DNA from: Malacoraja senta
Taxonomy: Eukaryota
Direction of reading: 5' to 3'
DNA: 53,127 nt
Assembly: GCA_038087875.1 (NCBI GenBank)
Contig: JAXLNO010000539.1
Span: forward strand, 124,001-177,127
In this document: piece after piece, positions 24,052 through 36,836 of the stretch
Position numbering within the stretch: position 1 is the first letter of the stretch
Layout of the letters: each line of letters opens with the position of its first letter
Program-made: the position numbers and the translations under genes
The notes under the pieces: model-generated
Database searches by the model: none
What the model saw: the letters and a program-made list of their open reading frames with translations, nothing else
What the model was told of the DNA's origin: nothing

Positions 24052-24418
24052 AGGGCCTGTCCCACTTGCATGCGTTTGGCGCGACCAAACGTGGTCGCTT
24101 GAGGCATACGGGCACCGTATGGCCGCGAGGAGCCGGTCCCACTTAGAAGTGCGGAGTTGGTCCCGACATCGCGCGGGGCTCCGATATCTTCGCGCGCCAA
24201 CGGCCTGTCGGCACGCAGGCGCATTGCGGTCGTACGCAGCGTGATGCCGTTGCGTGATGACGTCACCGCCCGGCGACGCCCAAATTCAGTCAGCCCATCT
24301 CCTGCCCAGCTGATTGGTAAGTATAACGCAAATGACATCACGCGCGTAGTTAGCGTGGACTCCGCTTCCGTTTGGTCGTGCCAAACGCACGCAATCGCAT
24401 GCAAGTGGGACAGGCCCT
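24052..24418. mobile_element. Harbinger-like MITE (CpG-rich, near-palindromic)
   Basis: TIR agggcctgtcccacttgcatgcg / cgcatgcaagtgggacaggccct; TTA TSD. Confidence 0.85.
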
Positions 24419-24842
24419 TTAGCCTCCCGTGGTGGTAGAGTAGCACATTTGTCTCCTGCGCAGGTACAAGTCCCTTGGATCTCGGATACACAAATAGTAC
24501 TATTCTTCATTTTGTGGTTGAGGTATGCTGGGGTAAACAGCAGAGGTGAATAGATTTTCATTCTGCACTCACACATGTTCAAATGCTGCAGGCAGTAACC
24601 AGGAATAAAACTCTGAAGGAGTTTTTGTCCCCCCCTTTCCCTTTCATTAGCCAGGTGGTCCTTTAACCTATATTTAACTTTCAACTATCGAAGCGCATGG
24701 TCTTTCTATTCTGGGCTTCTGGAGCCAGGGTGAATGCAGGCGTCTCAGTCGCATGTAAATAATTTAATGCAATCTGCAGAAAATGGTTGTGCTATTTATT
24801 AAGAATCCTCTGGGGCGTGTCATTAGTTATTAGTTATCTTAT

Positions 24843-24980
24843 TTTCTCTTCCCTTCTCTCCTCTCTCTCTCTCTCCCCTTCTTCTCGGCTCTCTCTTTCT
24901 TTCTCTCTCCCTCCCTTTCTTCTCCTTTTTCCGCCCCCTTCTTTCTCTCACTCCTTCTCTCTCTCCCTCTTATTCTCTCC
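24843..24980 (+). repeat. CT-rich low-complexity tract
   Basis: Near-continuous polypyrimidine (ct)n. Confidence 0.9.
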
Positions 24981-25006
24981 GTTGAATGGGACATTGCCAA
25001 CACTTA

Positions 25007-25404
25007 AGGGCCTGTCCCACTTTCACGAGTTGTTCACGAATTTTCCCCTCGATTCAAACTCGCAGAATGTTCGTAACGAGTCCGTAGGAGTTCGTAGATA
25101 TATCGTAGCGGCCCGTTATGCCCGGTACTCGGAGCATCAGGTAAGTCGGGACGTTTTTTCCAGCCCGATAAAAAATGTCCACGAGTAAAAAAAAAAAAAA
25201 GGTCGGGATGAAAGAAATTGCAACTTTAACTCGTTGGGAGGGCATCGAAATAGTGGTGAGAATTTGTAGACATACTCGTAGGAGTTCGTGAACACAGTCG
25301 TGGAAGGTCGTGGGAGTTTGTAGATTACCACGATCTTGTTTTTTTTTACGTCCTTTAAACTCAACAGAGCTTTTGAATTAAGTCGTGAAAGTGGGACAGG
25401 CCCT
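25007..25404. mobile_element. Harbinger-like MITE
   Basis: TIR agggcctgtcccactttcacga / tcgtgaaagtgggacaggccct; TTA TSD. Confidence 0.85.
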
Positions 25405-26268
25405 TTACAGATTTTGCTTTTCACGCGTCAAGATTTTTTTTTTGTCTCAATGCGTCGGTATTTCAAGGGAGGTCTCAGGATGAAGTGTTATTTGCAGGCA
25501 AGCACGATTTGAAATGACTCGCTGTTGTGCGAATACTAAGGTTGAGAGCCCGCCGCCTTTGTACAGCCCGTCCACATGATCCGAATGTTTGGGAGCCCGG
25601 CAGGATGGATTTGCCAGCTGTTGCAGGGTTGCATCGGCTATTCTTGACACTAACTGGAATTTCGCCAAGAGAGAATACACTCTAGTTAACACGTTGTGTG
25701 TGGGAAAGAACTGCAGATGGATTAAACTGTAGACATAAAATGCTGGAGTAACTCAGTGGGACAGGCAGCATCTCTGGAGAGAGGGAATGGGCAGGGGCAG
25801 AAATCCTGAGAGGGGACAGGGGACACACGTCCCCCTTGCTTTGAGAGGTGGGGGATGATTCCCCCCTTCTCCCCCGAATGTTTTGTAATCCGGACTTTAT
25901 CAGCCACTTTCTAAGGGCTGAATCGGCCCGTTTGCGGGGTCGAGATCCTTCTTCGGTCTGAAGAAGCTCTCCAGAGATGCTGCCTGTCCAGCTGAGTTAC
26001 TCCAGCTTTTTGTATCTATTTTCGGTTTAAACCAGCATCTGCAGTTCCTTCCTACTGGGTTGTAGGTCTCGACCCGAAACGTCACCCATTCCTTCTCTCC
26101 AGAGATGCTGCCTGTCCTGCTGAGTTACTCCAGCTTTTTGTGTCTATCTTCTACTTAACATGTTGTTATCCATTTTGCAAATCCTATCGAGTGACACGCC
26201 ATCTGGGCCAGCAGCAAAAGTTCTTTCTTTTAAAATCGTTAACAGCATTTAAAACCTCATCTTTAAAA

Positions 26269-26556
26269 TGGCGGCACGGTGGCGCAGCGATAGAACTACT
26301 GCCTGACAGCGCCAGAGACCCAGGTTCGATCCTGACAACGGGTGCTGTCTGTACGGAGTTTGTACGTTCTCCCCGTGACCTGCGTGGGTTTTCTCCGAGA
26401 TCTTCGGTTTCCTCCCACACTCCAAGGACGTGCAGGTTTGTAGGTTAATTGGCTTCGGTAAGTCCCTAGTCAGTAGGATAGAACTGGTGTATGGCGTGAT
26501 CACTGGTTGGCACGGACTCGGTGGGCCATAGGGGCTGTTTCCACACTATCTCTAAA
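26269..26556 (+). mobile_element. tRNA-derived SINE (HE1/V-SINE type)
   Basis: ggcggcacggtggcgcagcg...ggttcgatcc. Confidence 0.85.
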
Positions 26557-26663
26557 GGCACAAGGAGCTGTAGATGCACACATTTCTCCCACTATCCCAC
26601 CCCCATCCCCAAGTCCGCTTCCACTTATATCGCCTTCCTCTGGCTTCACCTTTCATATGTCAG

Positions 26664-27180
26664 AAGGGTCGCCAACTTTCTCATTCCCAAATAAGGGCCA
26701 AAAATGGTCAAAATACGGGACAAATTCCCGACGGCAATTCGTCGACCGACTCGGCCGTGGCTGGGTGAATGATGAGTTGGCCCCGGGTGCTGGACTGCAC
26801 ACAAAGCCCAGCCGGCGGGCCAGCTGAGGAGTTTTGGCCCGGGATGCGCGATGTCGCGCGCAAAGTCTGGCACCGCATCCAACTCGTGAACCGATGATCG
26901 GCTGTGAGAAGGAGGGGTGGTGGTGGTGGTGGTGTCAGCAGTAAGCGAAGGTCCGAAGGTCGGACAGCTGGCCGGGCTGCCGACCGACCGACCGACGGGG
27001 CCACGGGCGAGGCGCTGCACTACGTCGGGATGGGGCCAGACGCGGCACTCCGACCCAACAGTCCCCTCGACCCGTGTAGTAGCAGTCAAATACGTGACAA
27101 GGGCAGCCCCGTACGGGACAAACCAATTTAGCCCAAATATACGGGATGTCCCGGCTAATACGGGACAGTCGGCAACCCTA
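26664..27180. mobile_element. hAT-like MITE (TAGGG-type ends)
   Basis: TIR agggtcgccaact / agtcggcaaccct; 8-bp TSD tatgtcag 26656-26663 / catgtcag 27181-27188. Confidence 0.8.
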
Positions 27181-27630
27181 CATGTCAGGCTTTGTCCCGT
27201 CCTCACCTCTTATCCAGCTTTCTCTCCCGTACGACAATCAGTCAGAATAAGACACAAAATGTCGTCTATCCACATCCTGCAGAGATGCTGCCTGATCCGC
27301 TGAGCTACTCCAACATTTGTTTGTTTTTTCCCTTCTGAATTGGATGTGTTTTGTGAACGGGATACAAACGCTAGCGTGGGACTGTTGGGCTGAATGGCCT
27401 ATTTCTATGCTGTAAATACACAGGAATATTAAATGTACTACCGGCGTGCCAGTCCCCAAATTGCTTAAAATTATTCCACGAAGGATTCCGCACGATATAA
27501 ATGATTTAATTATTAGCGAGTTTGAATTAATTATCGTGCCAGGTTTCTGCTCACCATAAGCTGCAATGAGATATTGCACAACTAAACACTGCGTTAATCC
27601 CGCACCTTATTTAGTCTCAGGAACTTGTTT

Positions 27631-27830
27631 NNNNNNNNNNNNNNNNNNNNNNNNNNNNNNNNNNNNNNNNNNNNNNNNNNNNNNNNNNNNNNNNNNNNNN
27701 NNNNNNNNNNNNNNNNNNNNNNNNNNNNNNNNNNNNNNNNNNNNNNNNNNNNNNNNNNNNNNNNNNNNNNNNNNNNNNNNNNNNNNNNNNNNNNNNNNNN
27801 NNNNNNNNNNNNNNNNNNNNNNNNNNNNNN
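27631..27830. other. Assembly gap (200 N)
   Basis: Run of n. Confidence 1.
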
Positions 27831-28200
27831 TGTCCCGTCGGGGAATGTTGCCGACTGTCCCGCTCCAGACTGCAGGAACACGTGCTGAGGGACGCGCTGG
27901 AGCTCGGCGCAGCCAACGCCAAGGCTCGGTGGGGGGAGGACCACAGTCTAGGGTCCTTCCGCTGCTGGACATGGGGGGGCGGGGTGCGGTGGAGACGCCC
28001 CTCAACAATAAGGGAAGGGATTCCACGCCGGTGGGCCACGTGGGTGGGGGACAAATTTGTGTCATTTGTGTCAACAGTATTGAATGTTTGTATAGCCTCC
28101 GAGAATGTCGGATGAATTTTTTGGACGGTTCCTGTATTCTTTATAGATATTTATAAATTATATATTCTTTATATATTTATTACTGGAATAATGTCTATCT
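27831..28200 (+). mobile_element. Tx1-type L1 3' end
   Basis: ECCRLSRSRLQEHVLRDALELGAANAKARWG C-terminus followed by AT-rich 3'UTR. Confidence 0.65.
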
Positions 28201-28224
28201 AGAATATATATATATATTTTTTAA

Positions 28225-28606
28225 AGAGTGGATGTGGAGAGGATGTTTCTGCAGGCGGGAGAGTCTAGGACCAGAGGGCGCAGCCTCAGAATTAAAGGGC
28301 GCTCTTTTGGAAAGGAGATGAGGAGGAACTTCTTGTTAATTCGGGATGTTTCTGATTTCATACAGAGAGTGGTGAATGTGTGGGATTCTCTGCCACAGAA
28401 GGTAGTTGAGGCCAGTTCATTGGGTATATTTAAGAGGGAGTTAGATGTGGCCCTTGTGGCTAAAGGGATCAGGGGGTATGGAGAGAAGGCAGGTACAGGA
28501 TACTGAGTTGGATGATCAGCCATGATCATATTGAATGGCGGTGCAGGCTCGAAGGGCCGAATGGCCTACTCCTGCACCTATTGTCTATGTTTCTATGTTT
28601 CTATGA
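28225..28606 (+). mobile_element. CR1-type LINE 3' end, possibly chimeric
   Basis: ORF 28228-28506; (tctatgtt)n tail. Confidence 0.85.
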
Positions 28607-28663
28607 TTCATTGTTAATCATCCCTAGGGTGTAGAATAGCGCAGGTGTACGGGGATGAACTTA

Positions 28664-28901
28664 ATGGCCTGTCCCACTTTCATGGCCTAATTCACGACCT
28701 TTTTTACTCGTGGACATTTTTCATCAGGCTAGAAAAAACGCCCCGACCTACTTGATGCCACGAGTACCTACGACTACCATCACGGCCTGCTACGACCTAC
28801 CTACGAACTCCTACGACCTCGTGACGACCACGCTGCGAGTATCAGTCAAGGGCAAACTGGGCAGAGGTCGTGAATTAGGTGGTGAAAGTGAGACAGGCCC
28901 T
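28664..28901. mobile_element. Harbinger-like MITE
   Basis: TIR ggcctgtcccactttca / tgaaagtgagacaggcc. Confidence 0.75.
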
Positions 28902-28943
28902 TGACACACTAGGGACAATTTACAATTCTTACCGAAGCGAATT

Positions 28944-29540
28944 AATCAGAATCAGAATCAGAATCACACTTTATTAGCCAAGTATGTTTTGCAACATACG
29001 AGGAATTTGATTTGCCGTACAGTCATATCAATAGAAAGCAACAGGACACACAAAACACATTGTAAACATGAACATCCACCACAGTGACTCCTCCACATTC
29101 CTCATTGTGATGGAAGGCGAAGAAAAGTTCAATCTCATCCCTTCTTTGGCCTCCAGCGGTCGGGGGCCTCTAACCTTCCGTTGACGGGAGGATCTTGACT
29201 CCCGTAGCCGGCCGCGGGCCTCCTCGTCGGGTCGATCATGCTCCTGCATCGGGGGGGGGGGGGGGGGAATCTCAGTTCCCCTGCGCCGGACGATCTACCC
29301 CGGGCCTGGGCTTGTCGAACGTCGTGTGGCTTTTGGAGCTTCCCGACCCGAGACTGCGAGCTCCTCGATGTCAAAGTCCGCAGGCCGCGGTTGGAGCGTC
29401 GATCCCAGGCAAGGGATCGCAGGTTCCGATGACGAGTCCACGGCCCCGCGGTGGGGCTCGAACTCAGTCCCGAGCGAGGCCTCCAGCTCCACGATGTTAC
29501 GCCGCAGAGCGACCGGAGATACAACACGGAAAACAATCAA
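28944..29540 (-). mobile_element. GC-rich non-autonomous retroposon (family of 20060-20720)
   Basis: (aatcag)n tail; co-linear with 20060-20720 but lacks the 140-bp insert. Confidence 0.7.
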
Positions 29541-29767
29541 ACTTGTAGTGGGGAAGGAAACTCCACGGGGAGGTCACAGAACCCGTTGTGTACACTGGTC
29601 AGTGAGGGCTCGGTGGGCCGAAGTACTTGTTTCCGTGCTGTATCTCAAATCTAAACTGAACTAAAGGGGCAATAATACCTCAATACCAATACTCCAACAA
29701 CTCAGCATTAGACCCATCTGACTGGCGAACTGCCGCATCCTCGCCTTTCCCGCGAACCTGCCCATTC

Positions 29768-30340
29768 GCACGGAGGCGCAGCGGTGGAGTTGCAGCCTCA
29801 CGGCGCCAGAGACCAGGGTTCGATCCTGACCACAGGTGCTGTCTGTACGGAGTTCGCACGTCCTCCCTGCGACAGCTCCAAAGACGTGAAGTTTAGCGGA
29901 TCAGTTTAGTGACACCGCGCGGAATCTGGCCCTTCGGCCCGCCGATTCCGTACTGACCAGCGATCCCCGCACGCTAACACTATCCCACACACACTAGGGG
30001 ACAATTTACATTCATCCCAAGCCAATGAACCTACGAACCTGCACGTCTTTGGCGTGTGGGAGGAAACTGAAGAGCTCGGAGAAAACCCACGCGGGTCACG
30101 GGGAGAACGTGCAAACTCCGTACAGACAGCAGAATAATCGGGATCCAACCCCAATCTCTGGCACTGTTAGCGCTGTAAGGCGGCAATTCTACCGCTGCGT
30201 CACCGTGATCGCCATGAAGGCTAATTGGCTTCGGTAAAAATTGTCCCCAGTGTGTGTTGGATAGTGTTAGTGTGTGGGGATCGCTGGCCGGTACGGACTC
30301 GGTGGGCCGAAGGGCCTGTTTCCGCGCTGTATCTCTAAAA
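29768..30340. mobile_element. Cluster of HE1-type SINE pieces (+, -, +)
   Basis: Head at 29768 (+), near-full antisense copy about 29905-30207, tail 30220-30340 (+). Confidence 0.8.
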
Positions 30341-30654
30341 CAGAAAAGCCTGCCGAGGGCCCCAAATTACTGAGGCTGCTGGGAGGAGACAATACCGTTC
30401 AAATGGAGCATTAAATTGGCTTCGAGACAACATGTAAATAATCCCATGCACTATTTCATGGATGAGCTGGGAAATTCCGGTCAGTGCTTAGGCCAAAGTT
30501 TATCCCTCCTAGATTTACTCGTACAGATCTGGCCATTTATTATAGTGTTGTTTACGATAGCCAGCAAACCTGCTGCCAAACTTACCACATCACAAGAGAG
30601 ACAGCGCTTCAGGAAGTACTTTGTTTTCTACATGCCATGAATCTGTCAAAGATA

Positions 30655-31560
30655 GAAACGTGGAAAAACAGGTGCAGGAGTAGGCCATTCGGCCCTTCGA
30701 GCCAGCGCCGGCCATTCCATAGGATCACGGCTGATCATCCACAATCAGTACCCCGTTCCTGCTTTCCCCCCATATCCCTTGATTCCGTTAGCCCTAGCAG
30801 CTAAAAGGGTTTGGACACGCTAGAGGCAGGAAACATGTTCCCGATGTTGGGGGGGAGTCCAGAACCAGGGGCCACACACACAGTTTAAGAATAAGGGGTA
30901 AGCCATTTAGAACGGAGACGAGGAAACACTTTTTCCCACAGAGAGTTGTGAGTCTGTGGAATTCTCTGCCTCAGAGGGCAGGTTCTCTGGATGCTTTCAA
31001 GAGAGAGCTAGATAGGGCTCTTAAAGATAGCGGAGTCAGGGGATATGGGGAGAAGGCAGGAACGGGGTACTGATTGGGGATGATCAGCCATGATCACATT
31101 GAATGACGGTGCTAGCTCGAAGGGCGAATGGCCTACTCCTGCACTAATTGTCTATTGTCTATTGTCTATTGTCTAACTCTCTCCTGAAAACATCCAATGA
31201 ATTCGCAGATTCGCAACTCTCTGGGGCTGAAAAAGGTTTTTCCTCATCTCACTCCTAAATGGCCTACCCCTTATTCTGAAGAATATGTCAGAAGAAGGGT
31301 CTCGACCCGAAACGTCACCTATTCCTTCGCTCCATAGATGCTGCCTCACCCGCTGAGTTTCTCCAGCGTTTTTGTCGACCTTCGATTTATCCAGCATCTG
31401 CAGTTCCTTCTTAAACATACCCCTTATTCTTAAACTGTGTGACCCCTTGGTTCCGGACTCCCCCGACATCGGGAACATTTTCCCTGCATCTAGCCTGTCC
31501 AATCCTTTAAGAATTTTGTATGTTTCTGTAAGATATCCTCTCATCCTTCTAAATTCCAGT
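30655..31560. mobile_element. Alternating-orientation CR1 3' ends with a nested Penelope-derived unit
   Basis: CR1 - / + / -; unit about 31288-31416 flanked by duplicated taccccttattct. Confidence 0.8.
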
Positions 31561-31944
31561 GATTAAGAGGCGGTGTCATTGAAATACTTACGATAATGAA
31601 AGACAGCAAAGGAATAGATAGAGAGAAAGTATTTCCGCTGATGGGTAGGAGAAAGTGTGGTCTCAAAATGAGAGCCAGGCTGGCAGAAATGGCTGCATGC
31701 AGCAGGCAGGTTGGTGGAAAGCTAGAAATCTCTGACTCAAAAAATAACCCCATTCTCCTGCCTTCTCCCCATAACCCCTGACACCCGCTCTAATCAACAA
31801 TCTATCCATCTCTGCCTTTGACTTTTTCCTCCACAGCCTTCTGTGGCAAAGAGCTTTCAGTCCACCAGTCAGATGGGCTGTCTGAAGGAGTGGGTCTCGT
31901 CCCGAAACGTCACCCGTTCCCTCTCTCCAGAGATGCTGCCTGTC

Positions 31945-32590
31945 ATAGAAACATAGCAAATAGGTGCAGGAGTAGGCCATTCGGCCCTTCGAGCCTGCAC
32001 CGCCATTCAATGTGATCATGGCTGATCATCCAACTCAATATCCTGTACCTGCCTTCTCTCCATACCCCCTGATACCTTTAGCCACAAGGGCCACATCTAA
32101 CTCCCTCTTAAATATCGCCAATGAACTGGCCTCAACTACCTTCTGTGGCAGAGAATTCCACAGATTCACCACACTCTGTGTGAAAAATGTTTTCCTCATC
32201 TCGGTCCTAAAAGATTTCCCCCTTATCCTTAAGCTGTGACCCCTTGTCCTGGACTTCCCCAACATCGGGAACAATCTTCCTGCATCTAGCCTGTCCAACC
32301 CCTTAAGAATTTTGTACGTTTCTATAAGATCCCCCCTCAATCTTCTAAATTCTAGCGAGTACAAGCCGAGTCTATCCAGTCTTTCTTCATATGAAAGTCC
32401 TGCCATCCCAGGAATCAGCCTGGTGAACCTTCTCTGTACTCCCTCTATGGCAAGAATGTCTTTCCTCAGATTTGGAGACCAAAACTGTACGCAATACTCC
32501 AGGTGTGGTCTCACCAAGGCCTTGTACAACTGCAGTAGAACCTCCCTGCTCCTATACTCAAATCCTTTTGCTATGAATGCTAACATACCA
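31945..32590 (-). mobile_element. Young CR1/HER1-type LINE 3' end
   Basis: Uninterrupted ORF2 C-terminus GMLAFI...[15 protein letters not shown]...GYGEKAGTGY. Confidence 0.92.
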
Positions 32591-32991
32591 TGTCCCGCTG
32601 AGTCAGCTTTTTGTGTCCGTCTTGGGTTTGGAGATTGGTGTTGGATTATTGGGATTGGTATTGTCACTTTAGTTTAGTTTAGGTTAGAGATACAGCGTGG
32701 AACCAAGCCCACAGAGTCCGCACCGACCAGCGATCGCCCGTACACCATGGCTGCTGTCTGTATGGGGCTTGTACATTCTTCCCGGGACCGCGTGGGTTTT
32801 CTCCGGGTGCTCCGGTTTCCTCCCACAATACAAATTCACCTCCAGTGAATTGGCCTCCACTGCCTTCTGTGGCAAGCTTTCTTTCATGCTCTATCCCCAC
32901 CCCCGCCCCCCTCTTAATTAACCTCCTCTGTTGAGTTCTAAATTTCCCCGAGATCTCCGGTTTTGCCGAATCCTCTTTTATTCCTCAATTT

Positions 32992-33373
32992 AGACAATAG
33001 ACAATAGACAATAGGTGCAGGAGTAGAGGCCATTTGGCCCTTCGAGCCAGCACCGCCATTCAATGTGATCATGGCTGATCATCCCCAATCAGTACCCCGT
33101 TCCTGCCTTCTCCCCATATCCCCTGACTCCGCTATTTTTAAGAGCCCTATCTAGCTCTCTCTTGAAAGCATCCAGAGAACCGGCCTCCACCGCCCTCTGA
33201 GGCAGAGAATTCCACAGACTCACCACTCTCTGTGTGAGAAAAAGTGTTTCCTCGTCTCCATTCTAAATGGCCGACCCCTTATTCTTAAACTGTGTGTGGC
33301 CCCTGGTTCTGGACTCCCCCAACATCGGGAACATGTTTCCTGCCTCTAGTGTGTCCAAGCCCTTCACAATCTT
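32992..33373 (-). mobile_element. CR1-type LINE 3' end
   Basis: (agacaat)n tail; antisense ORF2 end. Confidence 0.88.
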
Positions 33374-34066
33374 TGTTGTACCGGAGCTGGTGTCCATGGG
33401 GCAGGCACCCAGTCCACTACCGGCCACAAGCACTCATTATGATCCCGGCGTAATCCTCATTCTCCAGATAGAACATGCGTGTGTCCAAGCCCTTAACAAT
33501 CTTACATGTTTCAATTTATATGCCTGACTTTGTCAGCAAATATCAACCATAACCCACAACCCTCGGACCGGACGTGCAAACTCCGCGTGGCCAGCACCCG
33601 TAGTCAGGATCAAACCCGGGTCTCTGGCGCTGTGAGATTACGTCCAGCCCCACTGGCCGAACTAAACATGGGACGAACAGCTCGGGTACAACAGCCTAGT
33701 TATTTTTATCGTGCATCGTGAGAAAGGGGTTCAAAACTGTTCTACAAAATGGCCGCTGCAAGCATTGAAAGAATCGTGGTATCAGGCAGATCACTCAGCT
33801 TGAAGCAAGCCAATTATACCTTTGAGATTAAACAGGGTGTCGGACAAATTGATGTTTACTTGGATATTCATCGACATTGGATAAAGTTCTTTGCTTGCAA
33901 ACGCTGGGAGCTGCCCCTTTGGGTTTGGTTTGGCTGTAGACACAAGTGCCATTGTGAAACAGCACCTGGCAGTGCTTGCTGCTGTTGGGAGTGGCTCTTA
34001 ACTCCAGACTAACCGCCCGACCCAGGTGTGCAGCGCAGTTTCCTGAACCACGGCGGGACTGACATA

Positions 34067-34602
34067 TGTCCCCTAATTTGGGGAAGGACATTCTTGCTAT
34101 TGAGGGAGTGCAGTGTAGGTTTACAAGGTTAATTCCCGGGATGGCGGGACTGTCATATGCTGAGAGAATGGAGCGGCTGGGCTTGTACACTCTGGAGTTT
34201 AGGAGGATGAGAGGGTTTCTCATTGAAACATATAAGATTATTAAAGGTTTGGACACGCTAGAGGCAGGAAACATGTTCCCGATGTTGGGGGATTCCAGAA
34301 CCAGGGGCCACACAGTTTAAGAATAAGGGGTAAGCCATTTAGAACGGAGACGAGGAAACACTTTTTCTCACAGAGAGTGGTGAGTCTGTGGAATTCTCTG
34401 CCTCAGAGGGCGGTGGAGGCAGGTTCTCTGGATACTTTCAAGGGAGAGCTAGATAGGGCTCTTAAAGATAGCGGAGTCAGGGGATATGGGGAGAAGGCAG
34501 GAACGGGGTACCGATTGGGGATGATCAGCCATGATCACATTGAATGGCGGTGCTGGCTTGAAGGGCCGAATGGCCTACTCCTGCACCTATTGTCTATTGT
34601 CT
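34067..34602 (+). mobile_element. CR1-type LINE 3' end
   Basis: SPNLGKDILAIEGVQ...TRGH. Confidence 0.9.
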
Positions 34603-34769
34603 GAACCTACCTGATCTCCCGGTTATAGAGGCATACAGTCATACAATGTGGAAACAGGCCCTTCGGCCCAATGCGCCCACACTGGCCAACAATGTCCCAG
34701 CTACACTAGTCCCACTTGCCTGTGCTCTGTCCATATCCCTCCAAAACTGTCCTATCCATGTACCTGTGT

Positions 34770-35229
34770 TACCCGACACTTTAATTCTCCTTCCCATCCC
34801 CACACAGACCTTCCTGTCCTGGGCCTCCTCCACTGTCAGAGTGAGGCTAAAATGCAAATTGGAGGAACAGCGCCTCATATTCCGCTTGGGCAGCTTACAG
34901 CCCAGTGGTTTGAATATTGATTTCTCTAAATTCAGGTAACCCAGGCATTCCCTCTCTCTCCATCCCTCCCCCACCCAAGTCGCACCAGCTTCTCGTTCTC
35001 ACCCAACAAACAGCTAACAACGGCCTGTCTCTCATTCATTGTTCTTTATCTCTCTACATCACCGTCTATATCTCTCGTTTCCCTTATCCCTAACCAGTCT
35101 GAAGAAGGGTCTCGACCCGAAACGTCACCCGTTCCTTCTCTCCAGAGATGCTGCCTGTCCCGCTGAGTTACTCCAGCGTTTTGTGTCTATCTTCGGTTTA
35201 AACCAGCATCTGCAGTTCCTTCTCACACA
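34770..35229 (+). mobile_element. Penelope-like element 3' end with pseudo-LTR
   Basis: RHFNSPSHPHTDL.VLGL / KLEEQRLIFRLGSLQPSGLNIDF; intact hammerhead-like core at 35099-35126. Confidence 0.85.
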
Positions 35230-35254
35230 TATGATGAAAAAATGGGTCAACTGG

Positions 35255-36255
35255 GCTTGTATTCACCGGAATTTAGAAGGATGAGAGGGAATGATCAGCC
35301 ATGATCATATTGAATGGCGGTGCAGGCTCGAAGGGCCGAATGGCCTACTCCTGCACCTATTTTCTATGTATCTATGTATCTATGAATCTTGTCAAAACAT
35401 ATAAAATTCTTAAGCGATTGGACAGGCCACAGATGCAGGAAAAATGTTCCCGATGTTGGGGGAGACCAGAACCAGGAGTCACAATTTAAGAATAAGGGGT
35501 CGGCCGTTTAGGACTGAGATGAGGAAAAACTTTTTCACCCAGAGAGTTGTGAATCTGTGGAATTCTCTGCCACTGAAGGCAGTGGAGGCCGATTCACTGG
35601 ATGTTTTCAAGAGGGAATTTGATTTAGCTCTTAGGGCCAAAGGAATCAAAAGATATGGGGAAAAAGCAGGAACGGGATACTGATTCTGGATGATCAGCAA
35701 TGATCATATTGGCTGTGCTTGTTCGAAGGGCTGAATGGCCTACTGCACCTATTTTTCTATGTTTCTATGTTACAAGGTTAATTCCCAGGATGGCGGGACT
35801 GTCATATGCTGAGAGAATGGAGCGGCTGGGCTTGTACACTCTGGAGTTTAAAAGGATGAGAGGGTATCTCATTGAAACATATAAGATTGTTAAGGGTTTG
35901 GACAGGCTAGAGGCAGGAAACATGTTCCCGATGTTGGGGGGAGTCCAGAACCAGGGGCCACAGTTTAAGAATAAGGGGTAAGCCATTTAGAACGGAAACA
36001 CTTTTTCTCACAGAGAGTTGTGAGTCTGTGGAATTCTCTGCCTCAGAGGGTGGTGGAGGCCGGTTCTCTGGATGCTTTCAAGAGAGAGCTAGATAGGGCT
36101 CTTAAAGATAGCGGAGTCAGGGGATATGGGGAGAAGGCAGGAACGGGGTACTGATTGGGGATGATCAGCCATGATCACATTGGATGGCGGTGCTGGCTCG
36201 GAGGGCCGAATGGCCTACTCCTGCACCTATTGTCTATTGTCTATTGTCTATTGTA
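35255..36255 (+). mobile_element. Tandem CR1 3' ends
   Basis: ORFs 35444-35683 and 35700-35981; two tail types. Confidence 0.85.
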
Positions 36256-36459
36256 TATGTTTCCCCGTGACCTGCGTGGGTTTCCTCCGGGTGCTCCGGT
36301 TTCCTCCCACATCCCAAAGGCATGCAGGCTTGTAGGTTAATTCATTCTGTAAATTGCCCCGAGTGTGTAGGGTGGATCTAGTGGGCGGGTGATCGGTGGT
36401 CGACGTGGACTCGGTGAGCCGAAGGGCCTGCTTTGTCCAAACGCTGTATGTCTAACCAA

Positions 36460-36836
36460 AGTAAGTAAGTAAGTAAGTTTATTGGCCAAGTATTCACATA
36501 CAAGGAATTTGCCTTGGTGCTCCGCCCACAAGTGACAACATGACACACAGTGACAGTTACGAATGACTCAGAAAAACACTAAACATTAATAATAATGAAA
36601 CATTAATGATAAAACACCATTGATCAAACATGTGAACCAACAAAATACCAGATCTAAGGGAGGCTACAGATTTCTGGCTGTTGAGTAGAGCAACTACTCG
36701 TGGATCAAAACTGTTTTTATGTCTGGCTGTGGCAGCTTTGACAGTCCGGAGTCGCCTTCCAGAGGGAAGTGATTCAAAGAGTTTGTGGCCAGGGTGAGAG
36801 GGGTCAGAGATGATCTTGCCCGCCCGCTTCCTGGCC
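36460..36836 (-). mobile_element. Rex1/Babar LINE 3' end
   Basis: Reverse complement of 48303-48550; (gtaa)n tail. Confidence 0.85.

Noticed and set aside
26269..26345. tRNA-like sequence with A and B boxes (also 3703, 8963, 19221, 43080)
   Set aside because: SINE heads continuing into a SINE body, not tRNA genes
27566..28156. ORFs crossing the N run
   Set aside because: Artefact of the assembly gap
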